A DNA stretch of 64,000 nucleotides from Epithemia pelagica (Eukaryota > Protista > Bacillariophyta): contig OX337229.1 of NCBI GenBank assembly GCA_946965045.2, positions 372,001-436,000 of the forward strand, given 5' to 3'. How positions within the stretch are numbered: the stretch's first letter is position 1; every line of letters starts with the position of its first letter. Position numbers and translations under genes: made by a program. Under the pieces are notes generated by a model. It worked only from the letters and a program-made list of their open reading frames with translations, did no database searches and had not been told where the DNA came from. Shown piece after piece: positions 23,341 through 37,597 of the stretch.

Positions 23341-23839
23341 AGAGGGTGACGTTATTCCAGCACAAGGCAAAGAGCTAGCGAAATGGATCTCATCAAGGAC
23401 TCTCATGGTCAATTTCTGATTGCTGACTTGGTTTGGAGGCAGACAAACTCATGTTTACAGATGAGAAGGCACTGCGGGACCGTCGTCCAAAACGACGGAT
23501 GGAGCGCTGTATATTTTGCACACTTTATGTTTCTTTCTATATATTCTATTCTTCTTGCATGTTGATTGATGAATCGATCCTTTCACATTGATAAACCATA
23601 GATGTACAGGCTACATTAACAAAACACAGACAATTGATTACCTACTCTCCAAACTCGTAGGAGTTCACCATTGTCGCATTCCATGCACGTAACTAGCTAG
23701 AGCTCCATTGAGGTAGGGGTAGCTACCCCTCACAGAAGGGCCGTTTGGTCTTATCCGCTGAAGGGTCGCTGATCCGCCGTGTTCGACCTCCGCTTGCCGC
23801 TTGTCATTTCCACAATATAGACCTCAGGAATAATACATC

Positions 23840-24262
23840 ATGGCGGACTACGATACAGACGAAATGGAACGTCGTTCCAAGGCTGCTAGCAAGACGAAGA
23901 AGCGTCGGGGAGGATGGGAGGGAGAAGAAATGGAGCTGAAACATGCCAGAGAGACGTGGAAGGAGAAGAAGTCTGAAAATGCAGTGGCTGTGGATTTGGA
24001 GCAATTTCGAAACCACAAGGTGGGAGAAGGATACCAAGCCAAGTTTGTCGTGCGGCAAAAACGAATTGAGAATGCGCAGCCGATACGACGAGAAGTGCCA
24101 TCGTCCAAAGAGGCCATCTCCAAACAGACAGAGACTCACGACAAGAAGAAACGGAAGCGGCAAAGACAAGGGGATGCCCAAGAACTTCTGAACGGTTATC
24201 TACAGTGTGAAGGATTGAGACACTTTCGGAAAGAGATTGAGAACATGCTCAATTCACCTTGA
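23840..24262 (+). CDS. Small Lys/Arg-rich hypothetical protein
   Basis: 140-aa ATG-initiated ORF with charged composition; no family recognised. Confidence 0.5.
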   Translation: MADYDTDEMERRSKAASKTKKRRGGWEGEEMELKHARETWKEKKSENAVAVDLEQFRNHKVGEGYQAKFVVRQKRIENAQPIRREVPSSKEAISKQTETHDKKKRKRQRQGDAQELLNGYLQCEGLRHFRKEIENMLNSP

Positions 24263-24513
24263 TCCGATCATTCCGATAGATAATTAGGTGAAAAGTGAAA
24301 ACGTCTCTTCTCGAAAAAGTAAGAGAGCGAGAAAAACGATTCGCGAAAAAAAAAACGATTCAAGAACCCTGGTACGGGGTTGTCCACCACTGTATCTTTT
24401 GAACAGAACTCGATACACAACCAACCGTTTTGAGGATGTTGTATTTTCTGGACTCCTCTTTCCATAAATGGACACTTGGCGAGCTCCACACTTGTCGTTT
24501 GCAAGTGGCCATC

Positions 24514-26838
<2,325 letters not shown>

Positions 26839-27189
26839 AGTACTTTATATGAGTAGAGGATATATTGTTGACTAAGCGTCAGTTCAATCTCAAGATCTCG
26901 CGTCTTAAAAAGAGGCCATCCGTCGTCATCCATCGATTCATTGACCTTCATGATGTATCGCGCAAACTATGCGTGACCAGTGCATCGTCTGGCAGGCGCA
27001 CGTAAACGGTCGCTTATAGGTAGCTTATCAGACGCTTTAAATCTCATCCATCGATTTTCGCTCATCATTGCACCATCCTCATTCTTTGGCAATCGTCGAA
27101 TGTGGGGATTGGTGTGTCTTGCCAAGTGTGAATATATAGAGAATACGACAACCTTCTTGTGTGGTTGGTGAAACAAAAGCTGCAGTGAC

Positions 27190-30100
27190 ATGAAGGACGA
27201 CGACAAACCAAAGAACAAGACACGAGCCGAGATGGATCACAATAACGAGGGCGATGATGAGGACGATGCCGATATTGCCTTTGCCACCATGGACTTTTCT
27301 GGTGTCAACTTTGATGAACTCAACACAATGGAGGAACAACAACAACAAGGCAAAGGAGTAGCATCCATGGCGAGCGACAAGAATCTTACGATTGTTGAAC
27401 AATGGGAACAAGATACCGCCTTTCAAGACTATCAATGGGCCACCTCCACAGACGACGACGAGGACGACGCCGCGCACAACAAGAACAACGACCAACGACG
27501 ACAAGCCATTCGACAATTGGGTCAATGGATGGCCCATGGTCAGTATCTTCGAGCCCTCTATTACGACGACAACAACAACAACAACAATGACAAACAAAGT
27601 AGCACAACACACGACGAGCCGCAATCCATCGCACAGCAATTGTTTGCCGGTCCTTTCACTGGCACTTTGGCATCCATGTCCAACACGTCTGGAGGAGGAG
27701 GAGGAGGACCCATTTGGCAGTCGTTGCACCACCGAATTCACGACATGTTACAGGCGTTTCCCACCACTACTGCCGACGATTCTTCTTCTTTGCGGTCCAC
27801 CCAGTGGATGATGTTTGCCCTGGAATTGGTGGCCATTGCGGCCTTGAATTTGTTTTGTCAAGCCAATTACACGGGTCCGGCACAATTGGACAAGGAACCC
27901 ACCACCACCAGCACCAACAGAACAACAACAACAACAACAACCACCATGGACGACGAACCAAAGACTCCTCCTCCGACCAATGCTTATTTGCTGTCACAGG
28001 TACATCCCCATGACTGCATGACGACCGTATTGGAAAATTCATCCAACCACCACCACACGAACAATGAGTCCAGTACTACACCCACTCCAGTTGCCTTGCC
28101 ACCATGGAATCCGAATCCAGAGGATTCCAAAGAAATGGACGATGCTCCCGACAATCATCCAAAGGACGAAACCAAGTCTTTGATTCCCGACCATCCAGAG
28201 ACAACCACAACAACAACAACAGTATCGTCCAAAGTCGAACGAGGACGAGATTCTCGGTACCACAATGCCATTTTGGCCGAATTGGCCGTCGAGGGTGAAT
28301 GGCCCTGTCCCGTATGTGATTACCCCTACTTTTTGTTGGTCGCCCGTGCCATTTTGACAGCCTTGGTCCAACAACAACATCATCATCCAACATTACAAGG
28401 AGGACCAGAACCAGGACGACTCAAGGGATTGTACTTGTGGCATGCCCGGGCTTTGGTGGCGCATGTCCGATTGCTCCAAACCAAGGTGGGTGAGGTGCCT
28501 CCTACCTTGGAACAAGAAGTATTGAATGCCTTTGAACAGGTGACGGTCTTGTTTCAGTCCTCCTCCTCGTCGGAACCAACTCCCTCTCGTCAATCTCGCC
28601 TCGCCACGGTGTGGTTGGAACGAGGATTGGCACACTATCATTTGCATCTTCCCAACCACCACCAGGAGAATGGCAAACCCATGAACCGTCTGGCACCATC
28701 ACCATTGGCATCCGTGCCCGAACCATCAACCTTGGTGGTGAGTGGTCGAACTTGCTTTGTCCATGCCCAAACATGTTCGGGGTTACAGGTTCAATTGACG
28801 GGAGCCATGGGAAAACGTACCAAATATCAACAAGAAGCCAAGGCACAATTGCGTGTCCATGCTCGGTCCAAGGCCAACCCAAGACGAAATGGATTGGATG
28901 CTCCAGAGCCACAACAGAGAGACAATGCCACAACCAACAATGACGAGTCCTTGTCTCCACCAATAGAAACCACTGATAGGAAAGCAAAGAAACGCGAAAG
29001 CGACGGACCAGACGTTTCAAGCAAGCCTACCATTCAACCAGTGGATCACCCCGAGGATACCATTTTGTTGGACCGCATTCAATTCGAAGAAGACGACGGC
29101 AACACCCCATTATCCGAACAAGACGATCCACCGCTAAGACGATTGGATCAGGCCATTATTTTGGCGCTGTGCTTGGATGTCAAGAATTCCAATCCATCGG
29201 CCGATGTTTTGACTGCAGAAGAAATGGGTGCCTTTTTGGCTCGTGTCCTAGATGACTCGTACCAAAGTCACGACCAGAAGGATGACGAGAAAAAGTCAGA
29301 TGCCCCATTACACCATCCGGATTGGATGATTTATTCTACCGCCTTGTTGGAACGTGCGTGGTTAGAGTTTGAGCGCCCCCATGCCAAGGAACGAGCCATT
29401 TTGCAATTGCAAGCCTTGGTCGATCAACACGATACCCATCGCTTAACCATGACGCAATCCACCCATTCCAGTATCACCACCGACGCCGCTCCGGTGCAAA
29501 CACGGCTCCAGAATTTGCACACCTTGGTGTATCCACCTCGATGGGCCTTTTTGAATGATTTGGCCCATCGTTACGCCCATTTAGGCTTGGTCACGAGTGC
29601 GGCAGAATTGTACACAGAAATCGAGTTGTGGGATGACGTGGTGGACTGCTATACCCGTGCTGGCAAACGATCCAAGGCACAAGCCATTGTGAGAGAACGG
29701 TTGTTGCACGATGCGGAAACTCCTAGACGATGGACGGCATTGGGAGATTTGACTCAAGACATTTCGTGCTATCAAAAGGCCATTACTGTCTCACATGGAC
29801 GGTATGCCAAAGCCTATATTGCCTTGGGTCAACATTACTTTGAAAAGAATGAACTCACTCTGGCCCTGGAAAACTATCATCAAGCATTGCAATTACGACC
29901 CCTGGCACCTCACATTTGGTTTCGGTATGGCACGATTGCCATGCGACTGGAACAATGGGACGTTGCCTTGTCGGCCTTTTCGGAGGTGGTACAGCAAGAG
30001 CCAGAAGAAGCCGAAGCCTGGGCCAATGTCGCAGCGGTTCACATGCACAACCGGTGTCCCGACCAAGCCTATCCAGCCTTGAAAGAATCACTCCGGTATC

Positions 30101-30943
30101 AACGCAACAATTGGCGTGTATGGACCAGTCAACTGTACACCTGTTTGGATTTGCAAAAGTGGGACGAAGCGCTGCAGGCCTGTCAAATGCTCCTGGGTTT
30201 GTACCACTCGCGAGGACAAGCAGACAGTGTGCCACCCCTCGAAGAAAAATGCGTCCGTGCCTTGGTGGGTGGCGCTCTCCAAACGTACCTCCAACAACGA
30301 GAAGAACAAGCACTCTCATCATCATTATCGACTGGTACAGAAACAGCATCGCCCATGGTGGGATCACTCGAAGCGGCACGTCGAACTCTTTTGCGAACGC
30401 ACGAATTGCTGGAGTCTATTGGAAGCTCTGCTACATCCGCCACCAGCATGCCATGGGTGATGGAATGTCTGCGATTCCTCCAAGAGCAAATGGGAGCAGA
30501 AGATAAGGTCTTGTTGGAGTATCTTATGCAGGTAAGTCCATACAACACGTGGTTCGCCGGAGAAATGATGCAAAACGACAGTCACAGTCTGACATTTCCC
30601 TCTCTGCCTGTTGTGTATACTGTACTAGGAATACCGTACCTTGCAAAGTGTTCCACGATGGGAACGAGATGATGATTTGCGAGAAAAACTCTGTAAGGTC
30701 GTGGCCCACATTGTGAGTTTGCGGAAATTGGAGGGATCACGAGACGCCCTCTTGAAATCGCGCTTGCTCCTTCGCGGCATTCACAAAAAGATTTCCACAG
30801 TGGAGGCAGAAGAAACAGAAAGTAACCCCCATGGCCTATTGAGTGATCGCATCCAGGCCTTGACCAGACAACTACAAACACTCCATACGCTGCTTTCCGA
30901 TGTTCAAGACCTTTTGGAACAGTTGCCCGATGGATCAGGATAG
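27190..30943 (+). CDS. TTC27: Tetratricopeptide repeat protein 27 (Emw1-like), 2 exons; intron 30532-30628
   Basis: LTGAMGKRTKYQQ, LDQAIILALC, WMIYSTALLERAWLE, YPPRW, ELWDDVVDCY, then TPR repeats. CAG|gtaagt…tag|GAA joins in frame. Confidence 0.88.
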
Positions 30944-31338
30944 TATTTTTCAACGACACATGGTAGATCTATGGATCAAGCGTTTTTTTCTTTACGTTCA
31001 GCACTCGCAGGTATTAGCCAAAAAGGCTGTTACAGAGGTCATACTAGCCTACCCATAAAGAAATCGTCCCGGTTTCCTTCGCTCCCGTGATTCTAACCGT
31101 TTACACAGTAGCCATGGAGGTATTTGGGGAAAGCACCAGGACGATGACTCGACGAAGCGCAACTAACGGTTGTTCCATGTCCTATGAACTATGAATAGCC
31201 TACTCCTATCTCAACCAAGAATTGCCACGTTTTCTTTCCATGATTCGAACCCTTCCTATACAATAGTCCAAGAGAGTATTTTGGGAAAGCGCCACAACAA
31301 GACGATGATAAACAGTGTGTTTGTGCGTAACATTACTA

Positions 31339-32717
31339 CTACAAAAAGTAGTCGGGTGTTCGAGGACTCTTGTGCCAGTTTTCATCGCGCGGTGCTGGAT
31401 CAAACTGGGCAAACTTGCAATGATCGTGAATGGTATCCTTCCCCGTTTGTTCCACGGTATCATCGACTTCCATAATGGCGGCTTGATTTCCGCAACGATA
31501 GCAGTAATTGGGGGCCGAAAAGACCGTCACGACGGTACGATTGTGTTGCCACTGATAGCCCTCCATGACCAATTGATGAGCCCGGGATATAAAGTGCAAC
31601 CCGTTAATGTGCGTAAATTGCTCCGTAATGTCCTGACCAAATGTGTAACCCGCACCCCGCGGGGAAATTCCCCAACCGCATCTAGAGAAAGAGAGAGTCA
31701 ACAAACCGAAACGCACACACAAGAGACGAAACGGAGTGAGAAATATTTCCTGGATGAATCGACTGCACTCCATCATTCTTATAAACATACCGGTCATCGG
31801 GATCGGACCAGACCAAATCACACATGGGTCCTTCGTGTGGTACTTCTTGGACGCGGTCCAAATCACGGGCGTGATCCAAGGTATCAATGCTCGGCGAAAG
31901 GCCTCCATGCAAACAAAAAATGCGATCGGAAATAACGGCCGTCATGGGCAAATAATCAAAGGTATCGGTAAAATGTTTCCAGACATTGGCATTCCCATAT
32001 TTCCGCAAACACTCGTCGTAAAAGCCATAGACTTGGGTAATTTGCCGACTCTCGTGGTTGCCTCGTAAAATGGTAATGCGATTCCGGTGGCGTACTTTCA
32101 AGGCCATTAATAAGGTGACTGTCTCCAAGGAGTAGTAGCCTCGATCGACGTAATCGCCCATGAACAAATAATTGGTTTCGGGACATTTGCCTCCAATGCG
32201 AAAGAGTTCGGCCAAATCGTAAAACTGCCCATGAATGTCTCCGCACACCGTCACGGGCGCATTCACCGGTTGAACATTCGACTCGGTTCGCAGTATATCC
32301 TTGGCCTAATAAGAAAACAAGACAAGAAAACAATTCGACAACAAGACAACAACACAAGTGGTAAGCCGTTTTCATTCTCCTCGTCCCAACACGGTCTACA
32401 AACAGACGCTGTTCTTCGATACAGGGCACCAAAAGTGCTTTCCTTCCAGTTCACCCCATTCTCTTTCACCAAAGTCGTAACACAAGGCAGCTCAATACGT
32501 TTCTTGTCCATTCGGATGGAACGCAACCAGCAGTCTGCCGTCTGTAACGTCAACTCGGTGGTCACTGCAGAGGGTCTTTTGGGGTATTTTTTTGTCGAGA
32601 TGGATTTTTGTTGCATCGTACCTTTTCGCACAAGGCTCGAACTTCATTTTCCGTCAATGTATCTCCTTGGCGCAGTCTTTCAATATGTTGATCGAGTGTA
32701 TCTAGATCGAGAGACAT
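31339..32717 (-). CDS. PP2A-C: Ser/Thr protein phosphatase 2A catalytic subunit, 3 exons (32622-32717, 31791-32305, 31339-31681)
   Basis: [30 protein letters not shown]-terminal TPDYFL. Spliced CDS is 954 nt. Confidence 0.95.
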
Positions 32718-33163
32718 GCTGTGGTCTCCACCCGTTCTTTGTAGGTTGTTGTGGTTGTTGCTGTAGATCCACCGTTGTGTGTATTGCGGTCTCACGAAAA
32801 AAAAGAGTTTCTGGTGCGATGCGGTGCTCGCCGTCTTGCTGCAGCGAGCGATTTCAATATTCAATATAATTCTTATTGTAGTAGCACGAGGAGATGACGG
32901 CTTCTCTGTTGGCAGCAGAAACCACCACCAACGCATTCACTGCATGCGTCGCACCCCAGTCCCGGAAGGAGATTTGTACTATTTCCGCTTATTGGAAAGC
33001 CAGCACGGCCCGGTCTTTTCGAGGACCCGGAAGCGACAGAACTGATTTTGGTGTCGCACCGATTAACCGTACCTCGTTTTTACCTTCTACTGCGTTACTA
33101 CAATATCCACCGTCTCGAGGGCATACCACTTGAGTGAAGACTATTGGATTGAACAAAAGAACC
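32718..33163. promoter_or_regulatory. Putative bidirectional promoter between PP2A-C and RPL4
   Basis: 446-bp gap between two head-to-head housekeeping start codons; inferred from geometry only. Confidence 0.45.
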
Positions 33164-34321
33164 ATGACAGCTCGTCCTCTCGTAACTGTCTTTTCGACGA
33201 CCGGCGACAAGTCGGGAGAAGTGACTCTCCCGGCCGTCATGACGGCGCCGTTGCGTCCCGATTTGATTCAGTTTGTCCATACGCACATGAACAAGAACAA
33301 GCGTCAAGCCTACGCAGTCAACATTCATGCGAGTAAAAAGGTGGTGGCCTCGTCGTGGGGTACCGGTCGTGCGGTCGCCCGTATTCCTCGTGTCGGGGGA
33401 GGAGGTACCTCTCGTTCGGGACAGGGTGCCTTTGGAAACATGTGTCGTGGTGGACGCATGTACAATCCCTCCAAGACGTGGCGCAAGTGGAATGTCAAGA
33501 TCAATCTCAAACAAAAGCGTTATGCCGTTGCCTCCGCCTTGGCCGCTTCCGTGGTACCGTCCTTGGTCATGGCACGCGGACACGTCATTGATCAAGTTCC
33601 CGAATTGCCGCTCGTTTTGGACAATGCCTTGGAATCCACCAAAAAGACATCGGCCGCCAAGGATGTCTTGCAAGCCGTTGGTGCCGCGGACGATGTCGAC
33701 AAGGCCGCCGCTTCCAAGCAATTGCGCGCCGGTAAAGGAAAAATGCGAAATCGTCGCTATACCTTGCGTCGGGGTCCCTTGGTCATTTACAAGACCAACG
33801 ATGGCGTCGAACAAGGCTTTCGCAACTTGCCCGGAGTGGAATTGTGCAGTGTCGATCGCTTGAATTTGCTCCAATTGGCGCCCGGTGGACACATGGGACG
33901 CTTCATTGTCTGGTCGCAAGCCGCCTTGGAAGCCTTGGATACCCTGTACGGATCGGAGGCCTCCCAAAAACGCATTCCCACCTGCTCCATGACCAATGCG
34001 GACATTGCTCGTATCATCAATTCCGATGAAGTCCAGTCGGTCGTGGTACCCGTCAAACCAGGACAATTCGAATTCCAGCCCAAACGCAATGCCATCAAGA
34101 ATACCGATGCCCTGGAAGCCTTGGATCCCTATGCGGCCGCCAAGCGACGTCAACAAGCTGAATCCGAAGCCGCACGAGCGGCCAAGAAGGATCAACTCAA
34201 GGAAGAACGACGTGCCAAGAAACAGGCCAAACGAGCACAATTCAAGGAACAGGGACAAGCCTTTTATGCCAAGGTGTCGGCACAAGGAGATGTGTGCAGT
34301 GAAGGATTCAAGATTGATTAG
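33164..34321 (+). CDS. RPL4: 60S ribosomal protein L4 (uL4)
   Basis: MTARPLVTVF, SWGTGRAVARIPRVGGGGTSRSGQGAFGNMCRGGRM, LNLLQLAPGGHMGRF; intronless. Confidence 0.97.
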   Translation: MTARPLVTVFSTTGDKSGEVTLPAVMTAPLRPDLIQFVHTHMNKNKRQAYAVNIHASKKVVASSWGTGRAVARIPRVGGGGTSRSGQGAFGNMCRGGRMYNPSKTWRKWNVKINLKQKRYAVASALAASVVPSLVMARGHVIDQVPELPLVLDNALESTKKTSAAKDVLQAVGAADDVDKAAASKQLRAGKGKMRNRRYTLRRGPLVIYKTNDGVEQGFRNLPGVELCSVDRLNLLQLAPGGHMGRFIVWSQAALEALDTLYGSEASQKRIPTCSMTNADIARIINSDEVQSVVVPVKPGQFEFQPKRNAIKNTDALEALDPYAAAKRRQQAESEAARAAKKDQLKEERRAKKQAKRAQFKEQGQAFYAKVSAQGDVCSEGFKID

Positions 34322-34673
34322 GAACCGTAACTCCAAAACCTGAAACGCAGCACGTACACGTTGCTCATGGGAACAATATTTCTGGTCATAACCAAGTCCT
34401 ACACCTATAGGTAATCCTAATGGTATATTGGAAGATGCGATTTGGAAGTAAAATGATAGCCTTTGAATAGTTTCGTATTCAAACCCATCGACCGCAACGA
34501 GCTACATCTACATGTTACAGCAGACGGTTGGTGAGGGCCGTTGGTGTTTGGTTAGGAGTAATATGCAAGTCCCATCGTGTTTTTACAATGGTTGGTCGAT
34601 TTTGGAGACGTCGTCTGTCTGCAAGTAGGAACGGATTGTTTAAGCTGAAGCCGCATGCATATCAGCGGAGAAC

Positions 34674-35297
34674 CTATGGTGAGAATGAACAACCTGATCC
34701 CGAGTCTCGGCGAAAGACTTCGAACAGATATTTTCGCGATTCTTCGCTGTCGGAACTCAAAAAGAAACTTCCTCCAATGTCACATCTTCGTCGTTTGATG
34801 AATTGGCGAGTTTCTTCTGTCCGTTGCATGGAGTCTGCAAGGCGCTTCATGAGTCGTTGGTACTGAAGATGTATGGATTCAGGGGATTCACCGATCAAAG
34901 AATTGCTGACTCCTTCGTTGAAGTCATGGATCTTGCCATGGTCGAGATTTCTGAGCGTATCTTCATGTCTCTCACTCTCGTTCAAAGTCTGAGACGCAAG
35001 AGGTGATACTACGATTGAATCGACGAATTGGTCATCGTGAATCTTGTCATTGGAGATTCTTCTTCTTCTCTTGGACGATCCAGGCGATACCACAGCCACT
35101 GAATCCTCGTCCGTTAGATATAGGTGCGAGGCTCCCTCGTGTATTTCGTCGTCGTCATGTGGATCATTGTGATCCAAGTCAGAATGAAGAGGATGACCGA
35201 AGCTGTCGTCATCTTTATTCCATTTCCAAGTCTCTTCATCATTTGCATCGGGGATGGGCAAGTCCAAAAACGGAAGGTTATCGTCTAGGGAATCCAT
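34674..35297 (-). CDS. Hypothetical acidic protein with C-terminal 'LADSMQRTEETR' helix
   Basis: 207-aa ATG-initiated ORF with coding-like composition; no defined family. Confidence 0.55.
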   Translation of the reverse strand: MDSLDDNLPFLDLPIPDANDEETWKWNKDDDSFGHPLHSDLDHNDPHDDDEIHEGASHLYLTDEDSVAVVSPGSSKRRRRISNDKIHDDQFVDSIVVSPLASQTLNESERHEDTLRNLDHGKIHDFNEGVSNSLIGESPESIHLQYQRLMKRLADSMQRTEETRQFIKRRRCDIGGSFFLSSDSEESRKYLFEVFRRDSGSGCSFSP

Positions 35298-36057
35298 CAG
35301 TCAGTCATGTGCGCCGACTCACTCTCGTCTTGTCTTTTGATGCAATTGCGTTCTTCCAAGCGATGAACGCAATCAATCGACAATCTCTCTTCATAGCATT
35401 GACTAGGTAGATGCTTGGGTCTGATAAACTGAATCGTTTTCTATAGGATTGATAAGATAGATGAAACCTTTTGCAATCAAAGCCAAATCTAAATTATACA
35501 CATTATTCTATTCTTACAAACTGTCCAGCCAAGTGGGACTCTTCTGCTTGCGATCCAAAGGCCTCCAAGCAGCCAGTCCAAGACTAGATCTCCAAAACCG
35601 AATCAATTCTCTGCATGATGTTTCTTGTTCAAAGTCGCTTGTTAGTGAGCTGCTTCCCCAACGGCGCACCCACGGGCGTACGGCAATACCTCAAGGAACA
35701 AGAAGCCCGTGAGCAGAACGCGATGCAGAGCGCAAAGCTCGTCGAAAAAACGGTAGTTTGCTATGAGGTGCAACCCGCCATTCATCAAAAGAAAGCCGTC
35801 GTCGCAATCAAAAAGAAACTTGCCGTCGCAATTAAGTATCGATTCCTTGCGCTCGACAAAAAGAAAGTATAATCCCCGGCGCAATACAAAAATAGAGCCG
35901 TCGCAATTCAAACAGAAAACCGTCGCGATTCAAAAAGAAAGTATAATAGAGCTGTCGCGATTCTCTACTATGCAACATGCTCTCATCCTACATGACACAA
36001 TCGCACAGACCACCGGTGTTGTTAGCCGCGGAAGGAAGGAGCATGCTTGTCTCTTAT

Positions 36058-37173
36058 TCAAGCGTCAACCCAATATGGTGCGGTTTCGTCATAACGTTTG
36101 CACATTGCTTCTTCGCACACCGTGCAGTTTTCAGGTTTCTTGAACAATGTGCTATGATTGTTTCCTGCGCAATCTCCATCCAAACATTCTTCCGTCGGAC
36201 GTCCGTTTGTGAAATAGTAGAGCGCTATCGATCGCCGAAGCCTGTCTTTTGGAGACGTTTGGGGCTGCGGATGACCGTGATAAGAAAAATCCGTGGAGGA
36301 AAAGACCACGAAGCGACCCATGACGGGCAAAATTTTTTGATAGCAAGACTTCATGTCGCGACCCCAGAGCTCGAGATGCCCTCCGTAGCTATCGGGCCAA
36401 TCGTCGTTCATGTACACGAACGTGTTGACTCGACGATCTAACTGGTACGCGTTGTATCGATTAAAATCGGCGTGAATGTCCAGGTTGCCTCCCGATGCGG
36501 TGACGTGCAAGCCGGAACCTCGGTAGTGAGGATCCGGGATGATGTTAGGGATTCCGGATAGTTCTTCGAGAAATTTCACCCACGTGCTGGATTTTAGAAA
36601 CCCAAAGAAGACGCGCGTGTACAAACCCATATTGTTTTCGTCGTCAACGGCGGACTTCTTGTTTTGCTTGGGAGTCAAGAAACACTTTTTCGGGTTGTAG
36701 CATCCGTTCTGCTGGGCCTTCTCTTCCGGAATTTCGTTGGAAATAGCCTCCAGGATACGCCTCGGGAAGATCCCGTCAATCACAATGTGCGGGAACGGGT
36801 CCGCTTGCGCGTAAGCTTCTCTGTGATCCCGTGCAATCTTGCTCAGGCGTTCCGCGGTTACGACTTGATACAATTCTTCAATGACTCCAACATAGTTGTT
36901 GTCTTTTTTCTCTTCACCATCCTTGACGTAAGATGGTAACGGTGTTCCCAGTTCACTCCCTCGAATGTGTGCACCTTGTCCTGAAGCACCCCCGAACAAC
37001 GTGTAATAGCCAGCCAACAACAAACTGGCCAGGACAACAAACAGAATGCACATTCCCATGGAACATTTATAATTCCAAACTTCGTTGTTCGATTTCCGTT
37101 TCGTGATCTTTTTGGCTGGTGCAAGATTTCTTCCAGTAAAAGGACCTTCATTTCCGGATTTGTCGTTCCCCAT
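36058..37173 (-). CDS. 2OG-Fe(II) oxygenase (prolyl-4-hydroxylase-like) with N-terminal TM anchor
   Basis: LDIHADFN (HxD), GGHLELW, HGHP (distal His), RRSIALYY; TM segment CILFVVLASLLLAGYY. Confidence 0.88.
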   Translation of the reverse strand: MGNDKSGNEGPFTGRNLAPAKKITKRKSNNEVWNYKCSMGMCILFVVLASLLLAGYYTLFGGASGQGAHIRGSELGTPLPSYVKDGEEKKDNNYVGVIEELYQVVTAERLSKIARDHREAYAQADPFPHIVIDGIFPRRILEAISNEIPEEKAQQNGCYNPKKCFLTPKQNKKSAVDDENNMGLYTRVFFGFLKSSTWVKFLEELSGIPNIIPDPHYRGSGLHVTASGGNLDIHADFNRYNAYQLDRRVNTFVYMNDDWPDSYGGHLELWGRDMKSCYQKILPVMGRFVVFSSTDFSYHGHPQPQTSPKDRLRRSIALYYFTNGRPTEECLDGDCAGNNHSTLFKKPENCTVCEEAMCKRYDETAPYWVDA

Positions 37174-37597
37174 GGCTGGTGGATTCTGGAAAGGTTATTT
37201 CTTCTTGTTGCCAATGGAACGATTACCGAATGATGATGGCATTTATCCCAATGATCCCATGGATGAAGTGGAAAGTAGAAACTGGAAACTTGAGAAAATG
37301 ATCGCGACGCCGATCGTGATCGTGCCCGGCGCGCGCATGGCGGCCTTATGCATTCGAATAGAATATCCCCAATTTTCAAGTCACCCCCAAAACGGACGCC
37401 CTCATCTGAACGAAATCTCCCCTTTTGACTCCCCTTTTGTCGTCTAAATCGGGGGGTGACCGCTCATGATTTTATCTTACTTTTGTGCATCGCTCCATGC
37501 TCCATGCTCCATCTATTAACCTTCGACAACAACGATTCCTTCTTCATTCATTGCTTCTCACCCTGCACCACAGGCGAGTGAAGCATCATATCAAACA

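Noticed and set aside
32306-32621. Long PP2A intron 1 (316 nt) and NEET intron 1 (285 nt) as snoRNA hosts
   Set aside because: No C box (RTGATGA) or D-box pair seen by eye.
33098-34336. 412-aa antisense ORF over RPL4, and similar long shadow ORFs over other genes
   Set aside because: Expected stop-free antisense frames from codon bias; no motifs.
35615-35960. Short ORF with imperfect CCGTCGCAAT…AAAAAGAAA repeats
   Set aside because: Too short and degenerate to call as a gene or an element.
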